A stretch of DNA of 57,347 nucleotides, counting the filler, from Basidioascus undulatus (lineage: Eukaryota): assembly GCA_000826855.1 (NCBI GenBank). It is 3 parts of 3 records of this genome, joined end to end, with 100 filler letters (N's around TTAATTAATTAA, not from the genome) between each part and the next. Parts side by side here need not be neighbours in the genome. Positions count along the whole stretch, not along the records: positions 30,501 to 57,347 come from JTLS01000665.1; 2 more parts are not named here. One strand, 5' to 3'. Made by a program: the position numbers and the translations under genes. How positions within the stretch are numbered: the first letter of the stretch is position 1; every line of letters starts with the position of its first letter. The notes beneath the pieces were generated by a model. It did not search any database. It had not been told where the DNA came from and saw only the letters and a program-made list of their open reading frames with translations. Shown one piece after another: positions 37,346 to 57,347 of this stretch.

Positions 37346-37474
37346 ATGCTGTTGAAACACATCACACTTCCCTTCATTAGGCGCTGGGGCCCCGGCGGAG
37401 GTCACCTTGTCGCGTTCGCGTCTTCTCTCTTCCCTCAACCATCACACCCCAAACTCTCCTCATCGCTACCCAAG

Positions 37475-38810
37475 ATGGAGCGTTTCTCGCGTTACCGGGA
37501 TCCCTCGACAGGAGTGCAGGCGTTCCTCCTGCCAGTCCCTCCCCGCTCAGACTCGTCTCCGCTCTTGCTCGCGCTCCTCCCCTTCAGCTACCTCCTCGGC
37601 GCCGTGCGCTTCGTGCTGCTCGCTGTGCTCGTGGGGCTGCATGTGCGTTTATGTCTTATGATTGATGTAATCTGGGGGAAAGTAATGCTGAATTGAAATG
37701 GGGTAGACGCTGTTCGGGTATGGGCTCTTGGGCCAGGGGATCGCGAGGCTCATCTTGCTTGTGCTGGGATTCTTGTGGATTGACGTGGAGACGGTTTCGA
37801 TCAAGCGGAGGTGCGCTATTTTACATCGTTGTATTTTAAACCTCTGCTACTCAAAACCTCATTTTTCCCTCAGACGGAATGTCCAGCCCCTGCCGTTCCG
37901 CCCTCGCCGCGGCGACGTGATCGTCTCGAACTGGACGTCTTACGTCGACCTCATCTACCTCTCTGTCCGGTACGCTCACCTGGGCCACAATGATGCTGAT
38001 ACTGACGCTATTCACTTATTCCAGCTTCAACCCGACCTTCCTCCTCCCCCTCTCCACCCCTCCTCCTGCCCCCGCGAACACCTCAACGCCCACTAAGAAA
38101 ACCGGGCGCCACACCGGCATAGGCTCCGCATCCATTTCCGCGTCCTCCTCGCTCCCCACCGTCCCGCGCCAGCCGATCAAAGGCTTCGTGTGCGTCTCGC
38201 TGTGGGACGCTGTGCGCCGCACGGGGTACCCGCCTGCGTTCGACGCGGCCGGCTACGGGGAGGTCAGGGGCCTCGAGGAATGGAGGACTGCTGCGAGCGG
38301 GCCGGTCGTCGTCTTCCCGGAAGCGACGACTGGGAACGGGCGGGGAGTGTTGAGGTTTGCGGGCGTATTTGAGGGCTGGGAGAGGGGGAAGAGCCTCCCT
38401 GTGAAAGGATGCCAGATCTGGGTCCTTGCGTTCCGGTGCGTCTTGCATTTCCTCCTCCGTAAGCTGCACATCTGCTCAAGTTGCTTTACCCACTCAGTCC
38501 CGATACCCCCACCCCCCTACTTCCCTCCTCCACGCACCCCGTCCCCGCCGCCTACCCCGGCCTTAACCCGCTCCAGCACGTCTTCCGCGCGCTCCTCACG
38601 CCGCTCATCCCGCGCACGCTGCACGTGCGCCTCCTCGACCCGGCCGACTCGCCGAGCTCGGGCGACTTCCTCCTGAGCGAGTGGATCGGGCGCGAGCGCC
38701 TCGGCGACGTCGTGTGGGAGCTCGTCCAGCGCGTGGGACGGCTCAAGGGCCTCGCGGTCATGGGCTGGGAGGAGAAGGTCGAGCTGCTTAGGGAGCTGGG
38801 GAGGCTGTAG
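37475..38810 (+). CDS. LOA1: LOA1/VPS66-like lysophosphatidic acid acyltransferase (PlsC fold)
   Basis: MERFSRYRDPSTGVQAFL N-terminus, GDVIVSNWTSYVD, VVVFPEATTGNGRGVLRF, C-terminal MGWEEKVELL; canonical introns. Confidence 0.85.
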
Positions 38811-38922
38811 ATTGGCGGGCCTCGGAGAATAGAAACAGTCAAGGGCATGTCTCAACAGTGGATATTGCATTCTTTCGATCGAGCTTCACAACGCATCGCA
38901 GCTCTCCTCGCCTGCCTAAACC

Positions 38923-39955
38923 TTACTCAATCCACTTCGCTGCGTCCTTTCCCTCACCCTTCCCGTCCCCCTTCCCCGCCCGAAAAGCACTCCCAACGCC
39001 GCGGACAATCCTGCTCCCTCCGCCGCTCGCGATGCGCAGTAGGCGCCCAGGGAACTCGCTCGGCCGCTCCCACGCCTTGCTCAGCTGGCCCCTGACCTTG
39101 CGGCGCTTCGGAAGCGGGAGAAGAGATGGGGATGGGGAGGACGACGTTGGGGTCGAGCTCGGGAGAGGGAGAGAAGGCGAGGGTGTGGTGAGGGAGGCCG
39201 AGGAGGCGGGGATGACGCTGGATGTTCGGCGACAGAGCTGGGAGAAGGGAGAGGCGGGGCGGGAGTGCGGGTGCAGTGGGTTGGGAATAGGCGCTTCGTC
39301 GCGCACAAGTTCCGAGCTCACTTCCGCGACCTTTTCTTTCGCCTCGGCCCGCTCGATCTTCTGTGCAGGCTTCAAGAACCCCTGTCCCGCACCCAATCTC
39401 CCTTCGATCAGTCCTCCTGCCCTCCCTCTGCCCTTCTAACGTCCCACTTCGACGCACCTTAACGACCGTCCTGACCCCATCACTAAACCTCCTCCCCTTG
39501 CCCATCTCCGCGCGCGCCTGCCGACTGCGATACTCGACCCGGTCGAGCTGGTAGTGGCCCAGCGCGAGCTGCGCAATCTGCATGTTCTGCTTCTCCAACT
39601 TGGCACGCAGTCGCACGTTCTCGGCGCGCAGGTCCGTCGTCCGCGGCGTCGGCGTCGCGGCGGGCTGTCGTGCGAGGTCGGCGCGCAGGCGCGCATTCTC
39701 GGCGAGGAGGTCTGCGAGGGTCGGGCTGGTGGTAGGAGGGGCTGGAGGGGTGGGGACGTCGACGTCGGGGCTGCGTGCATTGGGTGGTTCTAGTTGTCAG
39801 TACGAGCACGCGTTGAAAGGCGGTAGGTTGGAAGACTCACGCTGGTGTGAAGTCCTGTGCTTCCGCTTGTTCGATCTTTGCACACGGAAGTCCGCCCCTC
39901 CGAAACTTGACAGTACGCTGCTTGAGCGTTTGCGCCCAGCGGGCAAAGCGCACAT
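38923..39955 (-). CDS. Hypothetical protein with a coiled-coil segment; boundaries uncertain
   Basis: LADLLAENARLRADLAR...DLRAENVRLRAKLEKQNMQIAQL; intron-like GTGAGT..CTGAC..TAG at about 39790-39840. Confidence 0.4.
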
Positions 39956-41381
39956 GCAGCTGCGAGGTGGGTGCGTGCGTGGGCGTAGAGGACATCGTTA
40001 TGCGCTGAGTTGTGGGATGCGGGAGAGAAGAAAGATGAGATGGTGAGGCAAGGTGAATTAAAGTAAAGTCTAAAAGAAAGGGGGGTTTGCGGCTTGCAGT
40101 AAGAGGTGCCGAGGCATTCAGTTTGTTTCGAAGACAACAGCCGGCATGTTGTGATGGGAGGAAGGCTGCAGGGGCCATGAGACATGCTTCGTCTGGTGGC
40201 AGCGTACTTGGATTGTAAGCCCTTACCATGTACCCTTCGTTATGGTTTTGAAGTTGTGAGCTACGCAACTTGCAGTCGCTAGCTACGCAGGGCCGATGGA
40301 CGCGATTGTCCGTCGGAAGGTTCAGCAGGCATGGCAGCGGCGCACGCTGACTGCACTATTAGCGAGCGGGAAGCAAGCTCTCCCCTGGGAGCCCGACGCT
40401 CTCTGGGATATGCATTTGTTATTCTCTCGTATTTCTACTGAAGGGGCGCAGGGCGATCAAAGCTGTACTGAGGGCTCAAAGTTGTTGTAGTTGGTATGCA
40501 CGTTTGAGCGATGTTGACAAACATTTGATGTGGACCCATGAAGGGAGGGTCGCTCCGAGAAGAGACCTTGACTCTTTAAAACAGGATATTTTGGTTGTAA
40601 GGCAATTGTGCAGCCGGCCTGATGAGCTGCATGGAGGAAGGCACAGAGAACGCCTTCTGTATTCCACGATATGCGTCTGGGAAGGCTGTCTTGTTCTAGC
40701 AACTGAGTTCTGTAGTTAGTCGTACCTGATTCCGGGGAGCTTTGGATGCGAGCATAACGACGTTCGAGGGCTCGTTTTTGCCTCGACACGGGCCATGCGC
40801 GCCTACTTGCTATGGGAGTGGCCTCGGCAGCCTATGGATTAGTTTCGATCGTTGTACCCCTCAAGGCCTTTGAAGTCGTTTAAAAATATGAGTGCTGGAG
40901 ATGTAAACGAAAGAAAGGGGCAGCCCTAGCAGTCTGCGCGGCACTCACAGCAAGGAAGCATCGGAACATCAGACTAGACCGGCGAAGTCGCTTGATCATG
41001 CACTGGAGACCTTGTTTCGAAGATATTGTAACGCTAGGATGTTCAGGATGCGAAAAGGCAGACTTTCTCTACGACTGCATCAGCTTTTCCTCACAGTGCG
41101 CATTTGTGCACGCTCACCAGTATACGTACTGTGGCCTCACTGCAACGGCATCTTAGGCCGTTTTAGGTCCTCGAACTCTTACTCTGACAATTTCCAAAAC
41201 TTGCTAGGAGGAGGACCGTAAACCACTGTTACCTAATTTAACATATGAAACTGGCTGACAGCGGTGTGCATTCGAATCCAAAGGGGAGGGAGGTCAAGAG
41301 AGCGAGATCGCCCAGGAACTGTGTAGAAGGCAAGAGTGGGATAGGAGTGAAGCGCGTGTAACACTAAAGTAAGGGAATGTT

Positions 41382-42768
41382 CTAATCCTTTATCACTCTA
41401 ATCCGAGCGCCCACCTCACCACCGAGAAGGGTACCTGCGGCCCAGCCTCGTAGAACCCGCCCCTGACCGTTTCGCCGAAGTACATTGGCCCCGTCAGCGT
41501 CATCCACGCCGCTATCCACAACCACAGAGGAAGACGACTCGGGAGGCCTAGCGCGGACTCCAACGCCATGCCTAGACGTTGCGAAATGGAAAAGCCCGAT
41601 GGCCCCCCATGTCCACGGCTGTGCGAGGGCGGAAGTGCCGAGGAAGTGGAACTGTGCGTTGGCCGGCACCTCAGTGATGAAACTCAGAAAAGGGGAGGGG
41701 GGATAATATTGGACATACCATGCCGCTAATGAAGAAAGCGCCAGGATGCTTGTTCGCCGCTCCAGTCCGATAGCAGCCCGGAAGCCTCGCGTGATGCGTT
41801 CGACAGGGTGTGTTGCCCTCGTCAGCTCTTTTATATAGGAAATCTCGCACTGGAACTTGCCGCGCGGAAAATTGATGCCATCCCCTTCCCCAGAACTGTC
41901 GTACGGTGCGGACCTTCATCCATTCGCCAGAGAACACGTCTGCGTTGTCGGCAGGACTGTATAGGTCGACCGCCACCCAGATGAAGGAAGCAGCGAATGT
42001 AACATCGAATGTAACATATTGAATGCTACTCCACAGAATGGCAAGGTGAAGGAGTGTCGACGGGTGGACGGTTGCGCTGCGACCGAGGCCGAGGTAGTGC
42101 AGAATGAAATCAGCGTCTAACGTGGCGAGCACAGCGCGCCCAGGGAAATCGGAGCTCAGACCAGAGCTATACTCACAGTTTTCAGTATAAGCTGCCGCCC
42201 GCGCAAGGACGAACACCCTCGACTCGGTCGGCACCGGCGGGGGGNTTTCGCCCGCCAGTTCCAGCCGATGCCTCGGAGGGTCCACCACATGTTGTTCGCC
42301 CCATTTGAAGCGTCCCCACCAAGACTGCGGTACGTCGCGGTCCCCGTCCCATCGAAAGTCTGCGTGCGGGTCGGAGAAGAGAAGGAGATCGAAGCTGCGT
42401 TTGAGCGTGTACGCGACGAAGGTGCCCTGGGAGAAGCGCTTGGGACATGCGGACTGTGAGATTGCATTTATGAAAGAAAGAAATACACTCGACGGCAATA
42501 GCTTACTTCTATGGCAGACGGGACGCTGAGTGCGTTCTGAGTGTAGGTGATGTATGAAACAGGAACACCAGCGGGAAGAAGAGACCGTCGGCGAAGATTG
42601 GACCGGGTGGCTATGCCGCACAGGACAGCCAACCACGTCGCGGAGGCGAGGAGGGGATAGGGGACTTCGACCATTGCAGTTGGTCTTCGGCCCTCGGTGA
42701 GGATGAGGGAGGGCGGCGAAGAAGCAGGCAAGCAGGCAAGGAAGGACGCAAGTCAAAGTCGCATTCAT
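41382..42768 (-). pseudogene. MBOAT wax-synthase/TRI7-type O-acyltransferase, probably degenerate
   Basis: WWTLRGIGWNW and FSGEWMKVRTVRQFWGRGWHQ (MBOAT_2 motif), AFFISGM. Conserved blocks lie in different frames; one N at 42245. Confidence 0.65.
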
Positions 42769-44139
42769 CCTGCTCCACGTCCGGCCGCCGCAGGTGCGCT
42801 TCGCGTGCTTTTCATATGAGGAACCTTTAAATTCAGAATATAGCTCAAGGGGCCGACCACAAAGAGCGGATCTGATAAAGGCCCGTGGAGAAACGGGAGC
42901 CCGTCTTGATGAGCCTCGGGTTGTTCTTCGAGGGACGTGCAACCCGACGGATGCGTTAGTGGACTTTGGTGGAATATGCTTGGAATATGAGCTATCCATC
43001 CCCCTTGACCTTGACTTTAACCAATGGCCTGTTAAAGTTTCTATATCTTCAAACATTCTTACAGCACGGCGCAAGAGGCAAAGTGCTGAAAAGTGGAAAA
43101 CCCGTCCGAGGGGCAATGTTCCGGTATGTTCGCATATCCATCTGTTCCACGAGCACGGAGTGAGTACTATGCAGCGGACCGCCGATTAGTGATACAAAGT
43201 CATATAATGCTAGAAATTCATATGTATCATGCGACCATGCCATTTCATGATCCGCTGCACCCTGCGTCCGCCGCGCCCGACCCACCTCCGTTCCTTTTCA
43301 GCTTACTTGGGATGGTGAGTTCGTGAGCGTCCCGCTATAGTGGCTCATTGACCTCAAAGATAAGTATTCAGTCATTGTCACCTTCCCGTTTGACTGGGAA
43401 ATCCTCATTTCACTGGGAAGCGTCGGTTTCGTTGGGTGATGGCAAGTCAATCAATGCCTTCGAGTTTCTCAGCCGTCGCTGTCTCTCTAACTGCTGCTTT
43501 GTCGTGAAACAGGCTTCTATTTCGGTTCACGACTTTCACCTGGGTCGTCATTGTGTAAGCCCTTGTTTAACATAACGCCGGTCGATGTTACATTTTAATG
43601 TCTCTGGACGGTCCAGTATGTTCTTCCTCATGTTCACCGTGCGTCCTGGCTCCCAGTCGTACCTGCGGACTAACCAGCTTTGACCGGCTTTCTCGAAGTC
43701 ATGTTGATGCATAGTTCGGAAATGTGGATGTAATACTCAGAATTCCATTCTTCCGGTCCTGTCGTTCCTTTGTCAATGCAGCACGACTTTGCGGGTTTCT
43801 CTTGACTAAGAGTTTTCATGGCTGTGAGTGCCACCGTGCCCATACGCAGGTGATACACTCCCTCCCCCTAGAATAATCCGGGAGCTCGGTCTCATTACGA
43901 GACCATATTTGGTCTGCGGTCTAGTTGCGGCGTGGACACAAAGTGAAGAGGACATGACTTTGCCACCTCCAACCGAAATGCGAGCGAAAGCTGCAGCTTG
44001 GGCAACAAGGCTGAACATGAGCAGCGCAAGTGCAACGAAGAAGAGCGTGTTTAAAGGCCAGGGATATTTATGCGGTAAGTGCATCACTGGACCTGCAGAA
44101 CTCAAATGGAGCCTTATGGGCATTTTTCATGTGCTACAA

Positions 44140-44690
44140 TGCGTGTCAAGACGATCTACTGCCTGAGATCTTGCACGGAGGAGTGACGAGGCAGCTCGAA
44201 GATGCGGATGAGACACTCTCGCGTACGCCCCATTGATTGCCTCGCCCATCTTGCGCTGCTGTTGTCATTGCCTCAAAGGAAAGTTAAATTTGATACTTAT
44301 CTGGACTGTCTTTCATGCCGCACGGTGATGATTTCATTGAGAGAAGTCGTAGTCGGCTGCGGTGGGCACGATCGGGCCGAGGAGTTCCAGCTTGCCCACA
44401 ATATCAGGTGCCTTGATCTTTCGCGCCTTCCATCGCTACATTCGAACGAGGCGTCGCAAGACCTCGTGTTCCACATGAACGAGTGGAACGAAGCCTTGAA
44501 TGACCCCGAGCTTTGGGAGATGGACGCAGCGGACGTTGTCCTCGTCACAAAGCTCGCGGTCGCCTGCAGCCAGAAGGGCCTAGTGCTCATTGACAGTTGG
44601 GGTCAGGGAATTCGAGTGGATAACGTCGCGATGCGGCGGCCACCGTTATCGCCGGAGGATGAATGGCGCGGCTCTGCGCATCTAGCTTAG
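44140..44690 (+). pseudogene. Possible F-box relic
   Basis: DDLLPEIL F-box-like start and NIRCLDLSRL; frames are broken. Confidence 0.3.
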
Positions 44691-44954
44691 GCTTGCTGGA
44701 TGCCATACATTTTCGCGTTATCTGCTGTCGCTCCTTTCTTTGCGACATGCTCGAATCTTCCGACAAGATAGTGACAATGATGGTTGAATAATAATTGTAG
44801 ACCATAGGAGCCGAGAATTTGGCCTGAGTAGCACAGCAGAAACCGCTGCCGAGCATGGAAAGATTATCGAAAGATATCAAGGCTTCGACGAAGTTGGCGG
44901 CGAGTACCAGCACGTACAGCAACAGATTATAGTATGAGTAGCATTCGGGCAAAC

Positions 44955-45891
44955 TTATACGATCCCTTCAATTCTCCAAGGACCATTTCCCTCCCTCTGC
45001 TCCCCCGACTCGGCCGACGCTCCTTCTCGCCTGTCCATCCTCCGCACGCACACCGGGCACCCGCAACTCGCACCTCGCCTCTGGTCCCCCAGATGCGCCG
45101 GCAGGCATGCGGCGCAGAACTGCCAGCCACCGACGACCATATCCCTCTCACGGCCCCGAGCGCCCCCGGTATATCGCCCCTTCGCGGCGCCGGAGAAGAC
45201 GGCGCGCTGTGCGAGCGGGGCGTGGAGGTACAACGGAGACGTGGGCGAGACGAGCCTGGCGCAGGAGTCACACGCGTAGGCGCGTAGGAGGACTTGCTGG
45301 AGGTGTGTAGGCAGGTGAGGTAGAAGGGTGGGAAGTTCGGAGGGTGTTGTCGAGCGCAGGATGAGATGCGCTGTGAGATCAAGCAGAGACGGTGGGAAGG
45401 CAGGCGAGGATGGGGAAGAGGTGGCGGCGCGTTTGGATGCTGCGAGGAGATGGGCTATGTTGGGCCGCAGGAGAAAGGAGGACCGAATGGAAAGCCGCTT
45501 GAGTCGAGTGAGGAGCAGCGCCGACAATGGGAGAGCGAGTAGCGGAGATGGGCGAAGGTAGAGGTGCGTGAGGTTCGGAAGGGCAAGGAAAAGACCCGGC
45601 GGGAGGGCTGTGAAAGTCCGTCATGAGCTCAACGTAAAAGAGTCCTGCATTGCTTCCAGCTTCGGACTTACATGTAAGCTGGTTGTCCGAAAGGTCGAGC
45701 TTTTTCAGGCGAAGAAGAGGAGTCGCATCGCCGGCGTAAAAGGCGATCGTTCCGTCGAGGTGAGCGATAGGTTCAGGGAGACTTGACCAGCCTGCCTTCG
45801 CGAACAACAAGGATCTAGAGATCGGGTCGAGAAGGAACGCTTCCAAAACAGAGAGCGAGTGGGTGGCAGACGGTGAGGGCAGATCGTCCAT
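44955..45891 (-). CDS. Leucine-rich-repeat protein with BC-box/cullin-box-like motif and Cys-rich tail (2 exons; intron 45608-45671)
   Basis: WSSLPEPIAHL, LKKLDLSDNQLT|SLPPGLFLALPNLTHLYL, then PPSLLDLTAHLI...LPTHLQQVL, CDSC...FCAAC...CGCPVC. Confidence 0.8.
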
Positions 45892-46861
45892 GGGCACCAG
45901 GGCGAAGAAGGGCAGTAGAAAGTTGGGGATGTCCTAGACGGAAGAGCCATGAATACGGGTGGGGTTTGAAGCAGGCAAATATGGTATCCGACGTACTGGG
46001 GAATGGGGTAACTCCAGAAAGCCTCGCCAGGGTTGCATTTGCAGAAGCACCGACCACCGGCGCTGAAGACCGAGGAGCGCTTTCGCATCAGCGGACGCCA
46101 GCGAGCGACGATATGCAGTTGACGACGGGGTTGCATCAAGTTTCAACTGAATGTCGCGCAACATTCGAGCTGCGCATACGTGAGCAAGAGCTTCAGCGAT
46201 GTGTTGGAAATGGATGAACGGAATGGTGGCGGACCGAGCACCGTTGTTCCCACTCGGTCGACTCCTGCACCGCTCGCACCGAGAGCCTTCAGCGCGTCTT
46301 CGACACGGCTGAGGTCCCTAGCGATGGACTCCCACGTCCCATGATCGAGCGATGTTCGAAGTGAAGAGGCGGCTTCGCGAAAGCGCAGCGATTTTCGATT
46401 CACGGGAAGGGCACGGGAGGCCGAGTCCGAGTCGGTTGAGGATTGGGAAGCCGACGACGATGATGACGACGTGGATTTTAGAGACTCCTCTGAGCCCGAT
46501 GAGGATGAGTCTGAAAGTGAGTTTGACAGTGGCATGGTGGAGAGACGACCGAGACGCCCGAGACGAGCGTCTTTCGTTAGCTCTTCGTCAGTTTGAGGTT
46601 ACGGTAGATGTACTTACTTCACGATTCGATGTCCTGCATGACGAGATCCAGTTGAAAGCATAATACAAGGCCGCAGAGGTCATTCTTCCAAAGTGTCTGA
46701 ACTGTTGAGTAGGACGGCTGGAAAGCTGAAGCAACGGGAGCTAGTTGGCACTCGCAATGCGCAGTCGCGCCGCTCCATGCTTGCAAATGCAGCTCAATGA
46801 CAAAAAGAAAATATAGTACAGATCGTTTACAACATGCAGTCTTTCCCCCCCACCCAAGGCC

Positions 46862-57347
<10,486 letters not shown>

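Noticed and set aside
37920..37960. Missing catalytic His (NWTSYVD rather than HX4D) as a sign of a dead LOA1 gene
   Set aside because: As recalled, Loa1/Vps66-family proteins commonly lack this His, and the rest of the gene looks intact.
41382..42768. MBOAT gene as part of an ERG9/P450 biosynthetic cluster
   Set aside because: It is on a different contig, more than 14 kb away, separated by housekeeping genes, and probably degenerate.
43400..44123. Secreted protein gene (signal-peptide-like LFFVALALLMFSLVAQA)
   Set aside because: The downstream frame is riddled with stops and has no recognisable domain; support is insufficient.

Overview
This is GC-rich, intron-dense nuclear DNA from a basidiomycete fungus. 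Splice signals are GT(R)MGT donors and CTRAC branch points, and most introns are about 55-90 nt. The window is three contigs joined by artificial N44-TTAATTAATTAA-N44 linkers at 15175-15274 and 30401-30500. Apparently intact genes: RCD1/CAF40, a small three-exon twin-CX9C NDUFAF8-like gene missed by the ORF track, squalene synthase (ERG9), a cytochrome P450, a TVP38-like protein, a LOA1/VPS66-like acyltransferase, an LRR protein with a BC-box and Cys-rich tail, and PRP8 (about 50 introns, 5' end beyond the window). There are two tRNA genes, Ala-AGC (partial) and Leu-CAG. Many decayed gene copies lie between these: ATP23 and an MDR reductase with large internal deletions, a TetX-like monooxygenase, an arrestin-like gene, an MBOAT gene and several F-box/LRR relics. 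Most notable observations: (1) a GC-rich nad3 (complex I ND3) segment in frame with apparently spliced nuclear exons; (2) a gapless ~260-bp imperfect palindrome built from a coiled-coil-like repeat; (3) a spliceosomal intron one codon from the PRP8 intein insertion site; (4) an LRRC58-like architecture in a fungus; (5) a GTTTAACGCC repeat array. All calls come from manual reading and recalled family motifs; no searches were run.
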